Below are positions 1 to 7,963 of a stretch of 12,713 nt of DNA, piece after piece. Positions within the stretch are counted from its first letter, which is position 1. Each line of letters starts with the position of its first letter. The stretch spans positions 1 through 12,713 of the forward strand of contig NW_021826449.1 in the NCBI RefSeq assembly GCF_006345805.1, given 5' to 3'. Made by a program: the position numbers and the translations under genes. The notes beneath the pieces are model-generated. The model saw only the letters and a list, made by a program, of their open reading frames with translations. It was not told the DNA's origin and ran no database searches. The stretch is from Octopus sinensis. Taxonomy: Eukaryota.

Positions 1-158
1 AGACTGTTGAAACTAAAGCAATTACATTCAGAAACAGCACGAAAACTTACTTTTACGCGAACATTTTATTACTTGGCATCAACATTTTCGGCACATTATC
101 TGCAACCTGGTCACTGGCATAATTTCACTGCAACTGATCTGAGACAAGCTTTTGGCCA

Positions 159-183
159 ATATATATATATATATATATATATA
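159..183. repeat. (TA)n microsatellite
   Basis: Uninterrupted AT dinucleotide run. Confidence 0.95.
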
Positions 184-274
184 GGCCTTAAGGTTTTAAG
201 TAGAATTCTTTTTCCTCTAATAGAAATATTAACATCTCTAAGTCTCTCTAAAGGAGACTACGGCAGCGGTACTG

Positions 275-621
275 GATATTAATAATGATCGCGAAGTTAA
301 TATGGCAATCCAGAAATATAGGACGAATGCTGCCGTTGATTAGCTCCATCGCCTCTAGCTAGCTATGTGACACACGAACCTGTGTCCATTATAACCTTCG
401 AACAATGCAGGGCATTAAGGGGCAAATACCCTGGAATTAGACTGCAGATGCCTGACCAGCAAGGGGAAGCAGCTGACCACCCCTGTTCGAAGGTTATTAT
501 GGACACAGGTTCGTGTGTCACATAGCTAGCTAGAGGCGATGACGTCTTGGAGCTAATCAACGGCAGCATTCGTCCTATATTTCTGGACTGCCATATTAGC
601 TTGGCGATAACTATTAATATC
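275..621. repeat. Long inverted repeat (arms 275-404 and 484-621, 79-nt spacer); foldback/MITE-like or Penelope-derived
   Basis: The arms are reverse complements with 6 mismatches plus an 8-nt indel (GACGTCTT at 541-548 is present only in the right arm). Ends are GATATTAATA...TATTAATATC. No TSD seen. Confidence 0.85.
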
Positions 622-810
622 TTTTCCCTCTCTCATCTATGTATGTCAGCCAGTTTGGTTGTCATCAACCAATGCTCGTAGTTCAGTTGATTTGGTTTTT
701 GGTTGAAATTCATGGTTGCGATATGTACTCTCTCTCTCTTTCTCTGTTTTTATTCTCCCAGTGGGAGCATATATGACACTGCACGGTCTAGCACAGTATC
801 TGCCAAACTG

Positions 811-926
811 TGCTGCGACACAGCAGAGTGCTGCGACACAGCAGAGTGCTGCGACACAGCAGAGTGCTGCGACACAGCAGAGTGCTGCGACACAGCAGAG
901 TGCTGCGACACAGCAGAGTGCTGCGA
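811..926 (+). repeat. Perfect 18-bp minisatellite (TGCTGCGACACAGCAGAG) x6 plus a partial unit, in the 5' subterminal region of the hAT element
   Basis: Six identical units start at 811, 829, ... 901, followed by TGCTGCGA (919-926). This produces the CCDTAE/AATQQS/CCVAAL ORF artefacts. Confidence 0.95.
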
Positions 927-1108
927 GAGAATCCTGGAATACCGCGAAAAATATTTTCGGGATTTTCGGGAAACAACGATCCAAGAACTTTCGCAAAGTT
1001 CGTGCGTAAATGTAAATTAATTATATAAATCGTAAGATACGGTGAATATAAATTAATTACGCTTCGCGATGAACAGCAGTTTTGCTACAATATATTACAT
1101 ATATTACA

Positions 1109-1458
1109 GCGGCGAGCCGACAGAATCATTAGCACGCCGGGCTTAATGCTTAGCGGCATTTCATCTGCCGCTACGTTCTGAGTTCAAATTCCGCCGAGGT
1201 CGACTTTGCCTTCATCCTTTCGGGGTCGATAAATTAAGTACCAGTTACGCACTGGGGTCGATGTAATTGACTTAATCCGTTTGTCTGTTCTTGTTTGTCC
1301 TCTCAGTGTTTAGCCCCCTGTAGGTAGTAAAAAAAAATAGGTATTTCGTCTGCCGTTACGTTCTGAGTTCAGATTCCGCCGAGGTCGACTTTGCCTTGGT
1401 CGATGTAATCCTTGTTTGCCCCCTCTATGTTTAGCCCCCTGTGGGCAATAAAGAAATA
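1109..1458 (+). mobile_element. tRNA-derived SINE (octopus OK-like): full copy 1109-~1340 plus a tandem internally deleted partial copy ~1341-1458
   Basis: GCGGCGAGCCGACAGAATCATTAGC head; B-box-like GAGTTCAAATTCC; body GTCGACTTTGCCTTCATCCTTTCGGGGTCGATAAATTAAGTACCAG; A-rich tail. Candidate TSD ATATATTAC at 1099-1107 and 1460-1468. Homologous to the inverted copy at 9383-9619. Confidence 0.85.
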
Positions 1459-1604
1459 AATATATTACGTTTCTGCATTTGAACCGGGATTGTCTATAAG
1501 TAAATTTTTTATTAGTCCTTGTAGTTTTTATTTTTTGATTTATTTATAATTTACATAAATTATTTTATGTTAATTTTAATCGATTTTTAGTTTTAGATTT
1601 AAAC

Positions 1605-2731
1605 ATGGGCAAATATTTATTGAGACCTCAGAACAACGGGAAAGAGATTCATAGCAAACAAGACGAAACCTAGAATAAAAAGTCCACCTCATCAAAACGA
1701 AAATATAATGAAAATTACATCCAATGTAGTTTTATTTTATCGGAAGAAGACAACTCGCTTCCTTTTTGTATGATATGTTCAACAACACTCTCAAATGAAG
1801 CGTTGGTTCCCAGGAATTCAACGTCATTTAATAACAAATCATCCATAACATAAGGACAAACCAAAAGGATACTTAAGATGCTAAAAAACAATTTAAAAAT
1901 TCAATCAAAAAGGCTGAAGAAATTTCACTCAATTCCCGTGAAAGCTCAAATCGCTTGTTACAAAATTGCCCAGCTTTTGGTCTGATGCTGAAAACATTTT
2001 ACCGGCCTTGGAGATCGCAGTTGGCACGATTAGTGATGAAGCCACCAGATAAATTAAGGCCATTCTTTTGTCTGCACACACGATTTCTCGTAAAATTCAA
2101 GACATTTCGCGAGACATTAGTGATCAGCTCCGTGAACATTTCACTGAAGCAAAAAAATGAACTCGAAAACTTGTGGGTCTTACAAACCAATGAAAGTACA
2201 GACATCAACAACAAAGCTCAACTAATTTCATTTCTGCGAATCATCAGAGGTGGTAAAATCATAAGTCAGTTTTTCTTTTGTTGTGAATTGAAGGAAAGAA
2301 CGACAGATGTCTTTAACCTGGTAAACCAAAATGTATTGAGAGGGATACAGTGGAAAATTTGTATTAGCATTTGCACTGATGGCGCTCTACCCATGCAGGA
2401 TTGAAAAAAGGCTTCGTGACTCATGTATTACAAAAAAATTCACAAGTTAAAATTGTATATTACATGATTCACTTCTACCTGATGGTCTCCTGAAGACGAT
2501 GGACAACGTTGTTAAAGTGGTGAATTACATAAAATCACATTCCCTATGGTGCAGACTTCTTGCATCCCTATGTGAAACTATGGATTCTGATTTTAAGTGT
2601 TTACTGCTTCTTACAGAAGTGCGATGGCTCTTGAAAGGAAAAGTGCTCTCTCGTTTTATCTCTTTGCGAACTGAAATAATATGTTTCTTCGATGCTGAAA
2701 AATCTGGATTTGAATTTCCTAACGATGATTA
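1605..2731 (+). pseudogene. Buster/Charlie-type hAT transposase fossil (ZBED5/SCAND3/FAM200-like family); N-terminal half, with frameshifts and stops
   Basis: Motifs read across frames: KRKYNENYIQ..PFCMIC..LSNEALVP, RHLITNHP (BED-like finger), TISRKIQDIS.DI..QL, LQTNESTDINNKAQL (first catalytic D replaced by N), CTDGA, VVKVVNYIK, LCETMDS, TEVRWLLKGKVLSR. Interrupted at 2732; C-terminal half not found. Confidence 0.92.
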
Positions 2732-4140
2732 CACTGGTCAACAAAATTAAATGTATTATACTCATTCATTATGGATACAAACCAACGTTTTTTAGACTAA
2801 TTTTTCGTGATTTCGTGATTTCAAAATTTCACTCCATTTATATGCAGCACGTATCAGTTTTTCAGTAGATACGTTGAAATATTTACATATTTGTATATAT
2901 GAAATCATTAACGTAATAAATAAAGACATTATTTTTAGAAAGTAAATGAGTTTATTGAGTTTAAAATCATCCCTATCATTTTACAAAGAGTGAATACACA
3001 AAAATGGGTCAGACAAAACAGACAAAGTTAGAACAACAGAGTTAGAAACATTGTGATTTGGATTTCTTGCGGTGTTTCTGATCTGGTTGATCTCGGTAAA
3101 GTGTCCAGCAGTAGTCAGCCAGCATACTATCAGTCCAGAAGCCTTGGTACCGTTTCTTTATAGCATTAATGTCATGGTGAAATCTTCCACCATGTTCATC
3201 TGACACTGCTCTATGGTTATCTGCGAAGAAATCCAGATGGATGTCCAAGATGTGAACTTTCAGTGACATGCGACAACCCATTGCTGAGTAACATTTCAGA
3301 ATATTCTTGATGCCATCCTTGTAGTCCATTGCTTTCTTGCTGCCCAAGAAATTCTCACAGATCCAACTGATAGCTTTCCAGGCAGGCAGTTCCAGTTCAT
3401 CCAGTGTTGTCTTGAAGTTGACATCTTTGAGTATTTTTCTAATTTGGGGTCCGACAAAGATACCTTCTTACAACTTCGCCTGTGTGATTTTAGCAAACTT
3501 TTCTACAATATACTCAAACCTTCTGGCATTTCTCTTCCCTACTGTCAGCATCATCATCTGATGTTTCAATACCATCATCTGGTGGAACTGGAATTGACAG
3601 ACTTCCATTGTGAGGCACAGGTCTCATTGCAGAATCCAAATAGGGATGCACAATTCTGTGTTTATTCTTCATAGAAAATCCTGTGACATTAAAATGGTCT
3701 TTCGGCTTCCTCCATATTATTGGAATGGCAAAAGGCATGGACTTCTTGTTATTATTGAACTAGTCACATAAGCCATTTGAGCAAGCTGAGCAGATAAAAT
3801 GTGATGCTCATAACTTGTCCTGACAGTTAAAGTATTGCTTATAAATCTTCTTGATCTCTGGTGTTATTGTACGTTTTTCAGCTTTCACAACAGATTGTCC
3901 ACAGACAGTAAAACACACCAGGACAATTTCTACACTATCTTGACATTATTAACACTGTAAAGCAAGTAAGGAAATAGATACAAACGGATATACTTATATT
4001 AAATTTGAGATGATGAAATATTTCATCAGACCAATTATGACTGGACAATTAGAAATGTTGAAATACTTATTTCATCAGACAAAACTCGATTAATGAAATA
4101 TTGCATCTCAACTATGCAGCAATGAATAATGTAGTTTACC
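2732..4140 (-). mobile_element. Chapaev3-like (CMC superfamily) DNA transposon remnant nested in the Buster transposase
   Basis: Sharp CACTGGTCAACAAAAT terminus at 2732, preceded by TTA (TWA-type site), exactly where Buster homology stops. Transposase remnant lies on the minus strand. The other terminus was not located, so the right boundary is approximate. Confidence 0.7.
3042..3946 (-). pseudogene. Chapaev3-like transposase fossil with a large internal deletion
   Basis: N-terminus MSR*CRNCP..CGQ..KAEKRTITPEIKKIYKQYFNC.QDK..SHFIC..C..MPFAIPIIWRKPKDH..HPYLDSAMRPVPH..PVPP. C-terminus FEYIVEKF..EGIFVGPQIR..AWK..FLGSKKA..MGCRMSLKVH..HLDFF..AVSDEHGGRFHHDI..RYQG.W..MLADYCWTL. The central catalytic region is missing around 3500-3560. 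Confidence 0.8.
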
Positions 4141-4174
4141 TTAAAGGTATGTTTCCATGATGTAATGAAATACA

Positions 4175-4218
4175 TGCTCCAGCATGGCCACAGTCAAATG
4201 ACTGAAACAAATAAAAGA
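4175..4218 (+). mobile_element. 3'-terminal fragment of the OR-like SINE
   Basis: TGCTCCAGCATGGCCACAGTCAAATGACTGAAACAAATAAAAGA matches the 3' ends of the copies at 6657-7072 and 7397-7597. Confidence 0.8.
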
Positions 4219-4407
4219 GTATGTGTGTGTGTCTGTGTTCATAAAACAATGTAATTCTATTGTTACTATTATAAGAAATTATTTTTTATTCATACTAATA
4301 AAGTATATTTAGTTTTGCTGGGATTTTTATTATTATGGTGTGCCGCAAAATAAATTATCCTCGCCCAGTGTGTCGTAAGGTAAAAAAAAGTTTGGCAGAC
4401 ACTAGCA

Positions 4408-4560
4408 CAATGGTTCTGAACCAGGGTCCATATTAAGAATTTGTTGTTATAATTTATGTGCAATAAATTGCTTATTCTTCTACAAAACAGGAAATATTTT
4501 GATAATTATTTTTATGCAATTTCTACTAATATTTGATTATAAAAAATATAAGAATTTTAA
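4408..4560 (+). mobile_element. Possible 5' part of a second hAT-type MITE
   Basis: CAATGGTTCTGAACCAGGGTCC resembles a hAT/Charlie TIR (CAGTGGTTCTCAACC) and directly follows the TAGCA target remnant. No matching 3' TIR found; the end coordinate is approximate. Confidence 0.4.
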
Positions 4561-4902
4561 AAATCCCCGACAAAAAAGCATGTGTCCTACAGTCCAATGA
4601 CGTAATTTACTAGCAAACGTATTTTCGCACATGTCTATGAGGAGAATTTTCTCGAACTGTTTTCACAGCGGAAGGTTTTCTTACGTCCAAATACACTTGA
4701 ACGTGTTACATACTTCTCATAGAACAGATATTATGGTATAGAATTCAATATGCAGGGTACTGTGTAAGTTCATTATATAAAAAGCTGACAATCTACTCTG
4801 AGTTTCACACTTGGTTAGGCTGTTAACGAATGTGAACAGACTAGACAAGGGCAAAACTCAGAGGAGACTATCAACTTTTTATTTAATGAACACACACACG
4901 TC

Positions 4903-4906
4903 TATG

Positions 4907-4980
<74 letters not shown>
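4903..4980. repeat. (TA)n microsatellite with TATG lead-in
   Basis: Direct reading of the sequence. Confidence 0.95.
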
Positions 4981-4982
<2 letters not shown>

Positions 4983-5202
4983 TATGCATGCCATTTCAAC
5001 CATGTAATGACACACGTATTTTTCTCGGACTGTTATTTTCCTTCTCTCCAGATGAAGAAATGTTACCCTCCACTCTTTTTTTTTCATCTTAAACTGAACA
5101 TAAACCTAATACATTCACTGTGTACATCCTTTTGACTTTTGTTGTTTTTGTTCTTATTTTTGTATTATTTTTGATTTGCTTCTCTGTCTCTCTCCCCCAG
5201 CT

Positions 5203-5254
5203 CTCTGTCTCTGTCTCTGTCTCTGTCTGTCTCTGTCTCTGTCTCTGTCTCTCT

Positions 5255-5308
<54 letters not shown>

Positions 5309-5311
5309 TAT
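5203..5311. repeat. Compound (CTCTGT)n plus (TA)n microsatellite
   Basis: Hexamer run 5203-5253 followed by a TA run 5255-5311. Confidence 0.92.
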
Positions 5312-5643
5312 AATTGCAGCGTGGAAGGTGTTTATAAGCCATTTAAGAAACACACAAAAGCCGTTCGATTCACTTCAACATTTAAGTTTAATTTGTCAAA
5401 ATATTTTCGTCGCTAAAATCCGCGACCTGTTCACTGAGATGCAGCACGGATTTTTGTCAGTGAACAGGTCGCGGATTTTAGCGACGAAAATATTTTGACA
5501 AATTAAACTTAAATGTTGAAGTGAATCGAACGGCTTTTGTGTGTTTCTTAAATGGCTTATAAACACCTTCCACGCTGCAATTGTTTTCGTTTCAGCACAC
5601 GATCTCAGATCAAATCACTTGCTATGCGAGTACATCTCCGTAA
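5312..5643 (+). mobile_element. Short element with a perfect 126-bp inverted repeat (5312-5437 / 5457-5582, 19-nt loop) plus a ~60-nt unique tail, flanked by (TA)n; probable Penelope-like (pLTR-derived) non-autonomous retroelement
   Basis: Arms checked base by base with zero mismatches. Each arm carries a hammerhead-like core, and (TA)n lies on both sides. PLE origin is an inference. Confidence 0.65.
5453..5502 (+). ncRNA. Putative minimal type-I hammerhead ribozyme, G3:C8 core variant with palindromic stem III
   Basis: Stem I TTTGTCA (5453-59) / TGACAAA (5496-5502). Core GTGAACA (5460-66; canonical CTGANGA with positions 3 and 8 swapped). Extra G5467. Stem II GTCGC-GGATTTTA-GCGAC (5468-85). 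GAAA (5486-89). Palindrome AAAATATTTT (5487-96). Predicted cleavage after U5495 (UUU triplet). Confidence 0.65.
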
Positions 5644-5645
5644 TA

Positions 5646-5677
<32 letters not shown>
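5646..5677. repeat. (TA)n microsatellite
   Basis: Direct reading of the sequence. Confidence 0.92.
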
Positions 5678-6397
5678 TACCTTTTACTTGTTTCTGTCAT
5701 GCAGGGACACCACCTTGAAGTATTTTTTAGTCAAATGAATTAACTCAAGTATTTTATATATGATGGACTCTTCCGTCGGAGACGACGTATGTGACGTGCA
5801 GCTTTTGCCGAACGATTTGTTTATAGTGATCAAATATTCGTACTGCACATTAGCTCACTCTCTCCATCAAATCGACGTTGTCTGAATAGGTACACTGTGT
5901 GCCACGCATCAGGCATGAAACATATGTTTACACGGGCGGCACATAAGTACAGATTATTAAATGAAAATCAAAATTATGCAAAATCTTATTTCGACAGCTG
6001 TTTCAAGATGGTCGTAATTTACATAATACCTGTATCATTTATGAACTAATCATATTGATAAATAATATGTGCATGATATCATAGATTTGTGACAAGTCCA
6101 GATGAAATTGTTAAAGTAAGTTAGACATCACTTTTCAAGAGTAGAGATCTGCAGTGAGAGCAGATTATGATCAGATCCATACCCATGAGTAGCCTTGAGC
6201 AATAGTCAGCAGCTGGAAGTGAAAGGGAACCGTTTTCATGTTAGAGGGCCAGTTTATCTAGCGATTGCGCTGCCGACTCCATCTTAGGAAGGCCTCGAAA
6301 TGGTGGCCTAAAATTCACGTACACAGGATATTCTATATTGTAATCGCAAAAATATAAAATATAATATTGCACTGCTTAAGTTCTAATGTGGCACGCA

Positions 6398-6401
<4 letters not shown>

Positions 6402-6444
<43 letters not shown>

Positions 6445-6479
6445 ACACACACACATATATACATTTATACATAGATATG

Positions 6480-6562
<83 letters not shown>
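6402..6562. repeat. Compound microsatellite (CA)n-(GATA)n-(GACA)n
   Basis: CA 6402-6454, GATA ~6471-6546, GACA ~6546-6562. Confidence 0.95.
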
Positions 6563-6563
<1 letters not shown>

Positions 6564-6656
6564 TCTGGACATAACTCAATGTCATGTCGAAAGTTCGACA
6601 TGCCAGCCTTGGCGGTCGAGTAGCTTATATAAACATGATTCGAAGATTCACAAATA

Positions 6657-7072
6657 GACGTAGAAGTGACTGTGTGGTAGGTAGCTTGCTTACGAACCGC
6701 ATGGTTCCGGGTTCATTCCCATTGCGTGGCACCTTGGGCAAGTGTCTTCTACTATAGAAGCCTTGTGAGTGGATTTAGTAGACGGAAACTGAAAGAAGCC
6801 CGTCGTATATATGTATACATATATATATGTATGTGTGTGTGTATGTTTGTGTGTCTGTGTTTGTCCACCCCCCACCCCATTGCTTGACAACCGATGCTGG
6901 TGTGTTTACGTCCCCGTAACTTAACGGTTCGGCAAAAGAGGCCGATAGAATTAGTACTAGGCTTATAAAGAATAAGTCCTGGGGTCGATTTGCTCGACTA
7001 AAGGCGGTGCTGCAGCATGGCCACGGTTACATGACTGAAACAAGTAATTGAGAGAGTAAAGAGTAAAGAAAA
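6657..7072 (+). mobile_element. Near full-length tRNA-derived SINE (octopus OR-like) with an internal TA/TG microsatellite
   Basis: A-box-like TGACTGTGTGG; B-box-like GGTTCATTCCC (6710-20); ACCTTGGGCAAG core-like motif; internal microsatellite ~6806-6861; 3' block CGTCCCCGTAAC...CAGCATGGCC...ACTGAAACAAGTAA; GAGTAAA-type tail. Confidence 0.85.
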
Positions 7073-7196
7073 TGGAGATATCACTGTACGAGGCTGCTTG
7101 AAAAGCGTTATCGTAGCGAAGTTGAGTTTTTTTTTTCCAAAAGTTTACTCCGAGTATAAACATGACGAAAATAACAACTCTGTATTTTTCTTGCAG

Positions 7197-7293
7197 ACAT
7201 TCGTTACTGAGTACCCGTGCCTGCGCTATCTCATAATCAGGACAAAGACTAAATCCGAAAGATGTGGAGCGTGGTCATGAGGAAAGGCTTGTT
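7197..7293 (+). other. Candidate 97-nt spliced exon (5'UTR plus possible start ATG7262, MWSVVMRKGL, or non-coding)
   Basis: Acceptor CTCTGTATTTTTCTTGCAG|A and donor TT|GTAAGT. All three frames contain a stop; the only ORF open to the donor starts at aagATG 7262. Confidence 0.4.
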
Positions 7294-7396
7294 GTAAGTA
7301 TATATATATATACATATACACATCATTTATTGCTGCAGTGATGCAGAAGGTGTTCATGCTATACAAGAAAACTGAATTTTATATATGAAACCACGT

Positions 7397-7595
7397 ATTC
7401 TTTTATTCTTTTATTTGTTTCAGTTATTTGACTGTGGCCATGCTGGAGCACCGCCTTAAGTCGAGGAAATCGATCCCAGGACTTATTCTTTGTAAGCCTA
7501 GTACTTATTCTATCGGTTTATTTTGACGAACCGCTAAATTACGGGGACGTAAACACACCAGCATCGGTTGTCAAGCGATGTTGGGGACAAACACA

Positions 7596-7597
<2 letters not shown>
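7397..7597 (-). mobile_element. 5'-truncated OR-like SINE, inverted relative to 6657-7072
   Basis: 7411-7579 is the reverse complement of 6879-7047 (18 mismatches in 169 nt by eye). It has an (AATAAAAG)-type tail and ends at a (CA)n run. Confidence 0.88.
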
Positions 7598-7641
<44 letters not shown>

Positions 7642-7658
7642 ACACACACACACACACA
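7598..7658. repeat. (CA)n microsatellite (expanded internal microsatellite of the SINE)
   Basis: Direct reading; same relative position as the TG tract in the 6657-7072 copy. Confidence 0.92.
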
Positions 7659-7963
7659 TACAACACACATCATTTATTAAAGTGGCTAGACGCAATTTAA
7701 AATCAAAAGGCACAAGTGCAAAACAGGTGTGTGCATTTAGTTTTATTGGTTTCAGGCGATTGGATTGTTTTTTGGTGGTTCAGAAAAAAGATGCTGGTAG
7801 GTAGAGGGAGGTCTTTTGGTCAGCGGATGCATCACTAGTTTTAGTTATTTTATTGGATTTTAGTCAGTTTTATTGGATTTAATACTTCCGCTTTGACGAT
7901 GTTAAGACCAAATTTCAGAGTTTAGTCCAGCATTTTAAAACTTTAGTAATTGGGTGAGTCTGC

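Larger units (their letters stand above)
794..4404 (+). mobile_element. Decayed hAT DNA transposon, Buster/Charlie subfamily, with nested insertions
   Basis: 5' TIR CAGTATCTGCCAAAC (794-808); 3' TIR GTTTGGCAGACACTA (4390-4404), a 13/15 match. Left flank gtcTAgca (786-793) fits the Buster nnnTAnnn 8-bp TSD; the right side retains TAGCA (4403-4407). GTG(C/T)(C/T)GC-type subterminal motifs occur at both ends, and there is an internal transposase remnant. Confidence 0.85.

Noticed and set aside
450-505. Hammerhead-like CTGACCA...GAAG in the spacer of the first inverted repeat
   Set aside because: C3/C8 cannot pair, A15.1 is absent, stem II is irregular, and there is no stem I partner.
646-1028. 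Cys-rich CCDTAE/CCVAAL repeat ORFs; resemblance to a CRISPR array or metallothionein
   Set aside because: The repeats are tandem with no spacers, are open in multiple frames on both strands, and lie in a transposon subterminal region.
4023-4078. Two CTGATGA motifs on the minus strand
   Set aside because: There is no downstream stem II plus GAAA; these are more likely subterminal repeats of the Chapaev3-like element.
4150-4372. Candidate second termini for the Chapaev3-like element (CATGATG|TAA near 4161; CCCAGTG near 4370)
   Set aside because: Both match the 2732 TIR poorly and lack a TTA duplication; the second fits the Buster subterminal motif better.
4811-5743. YIYI-rich and RDRD ORFs
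   Set aside because: They are translations of (TA)n and (CTCTGT)n tracts and of the inverted repeat.
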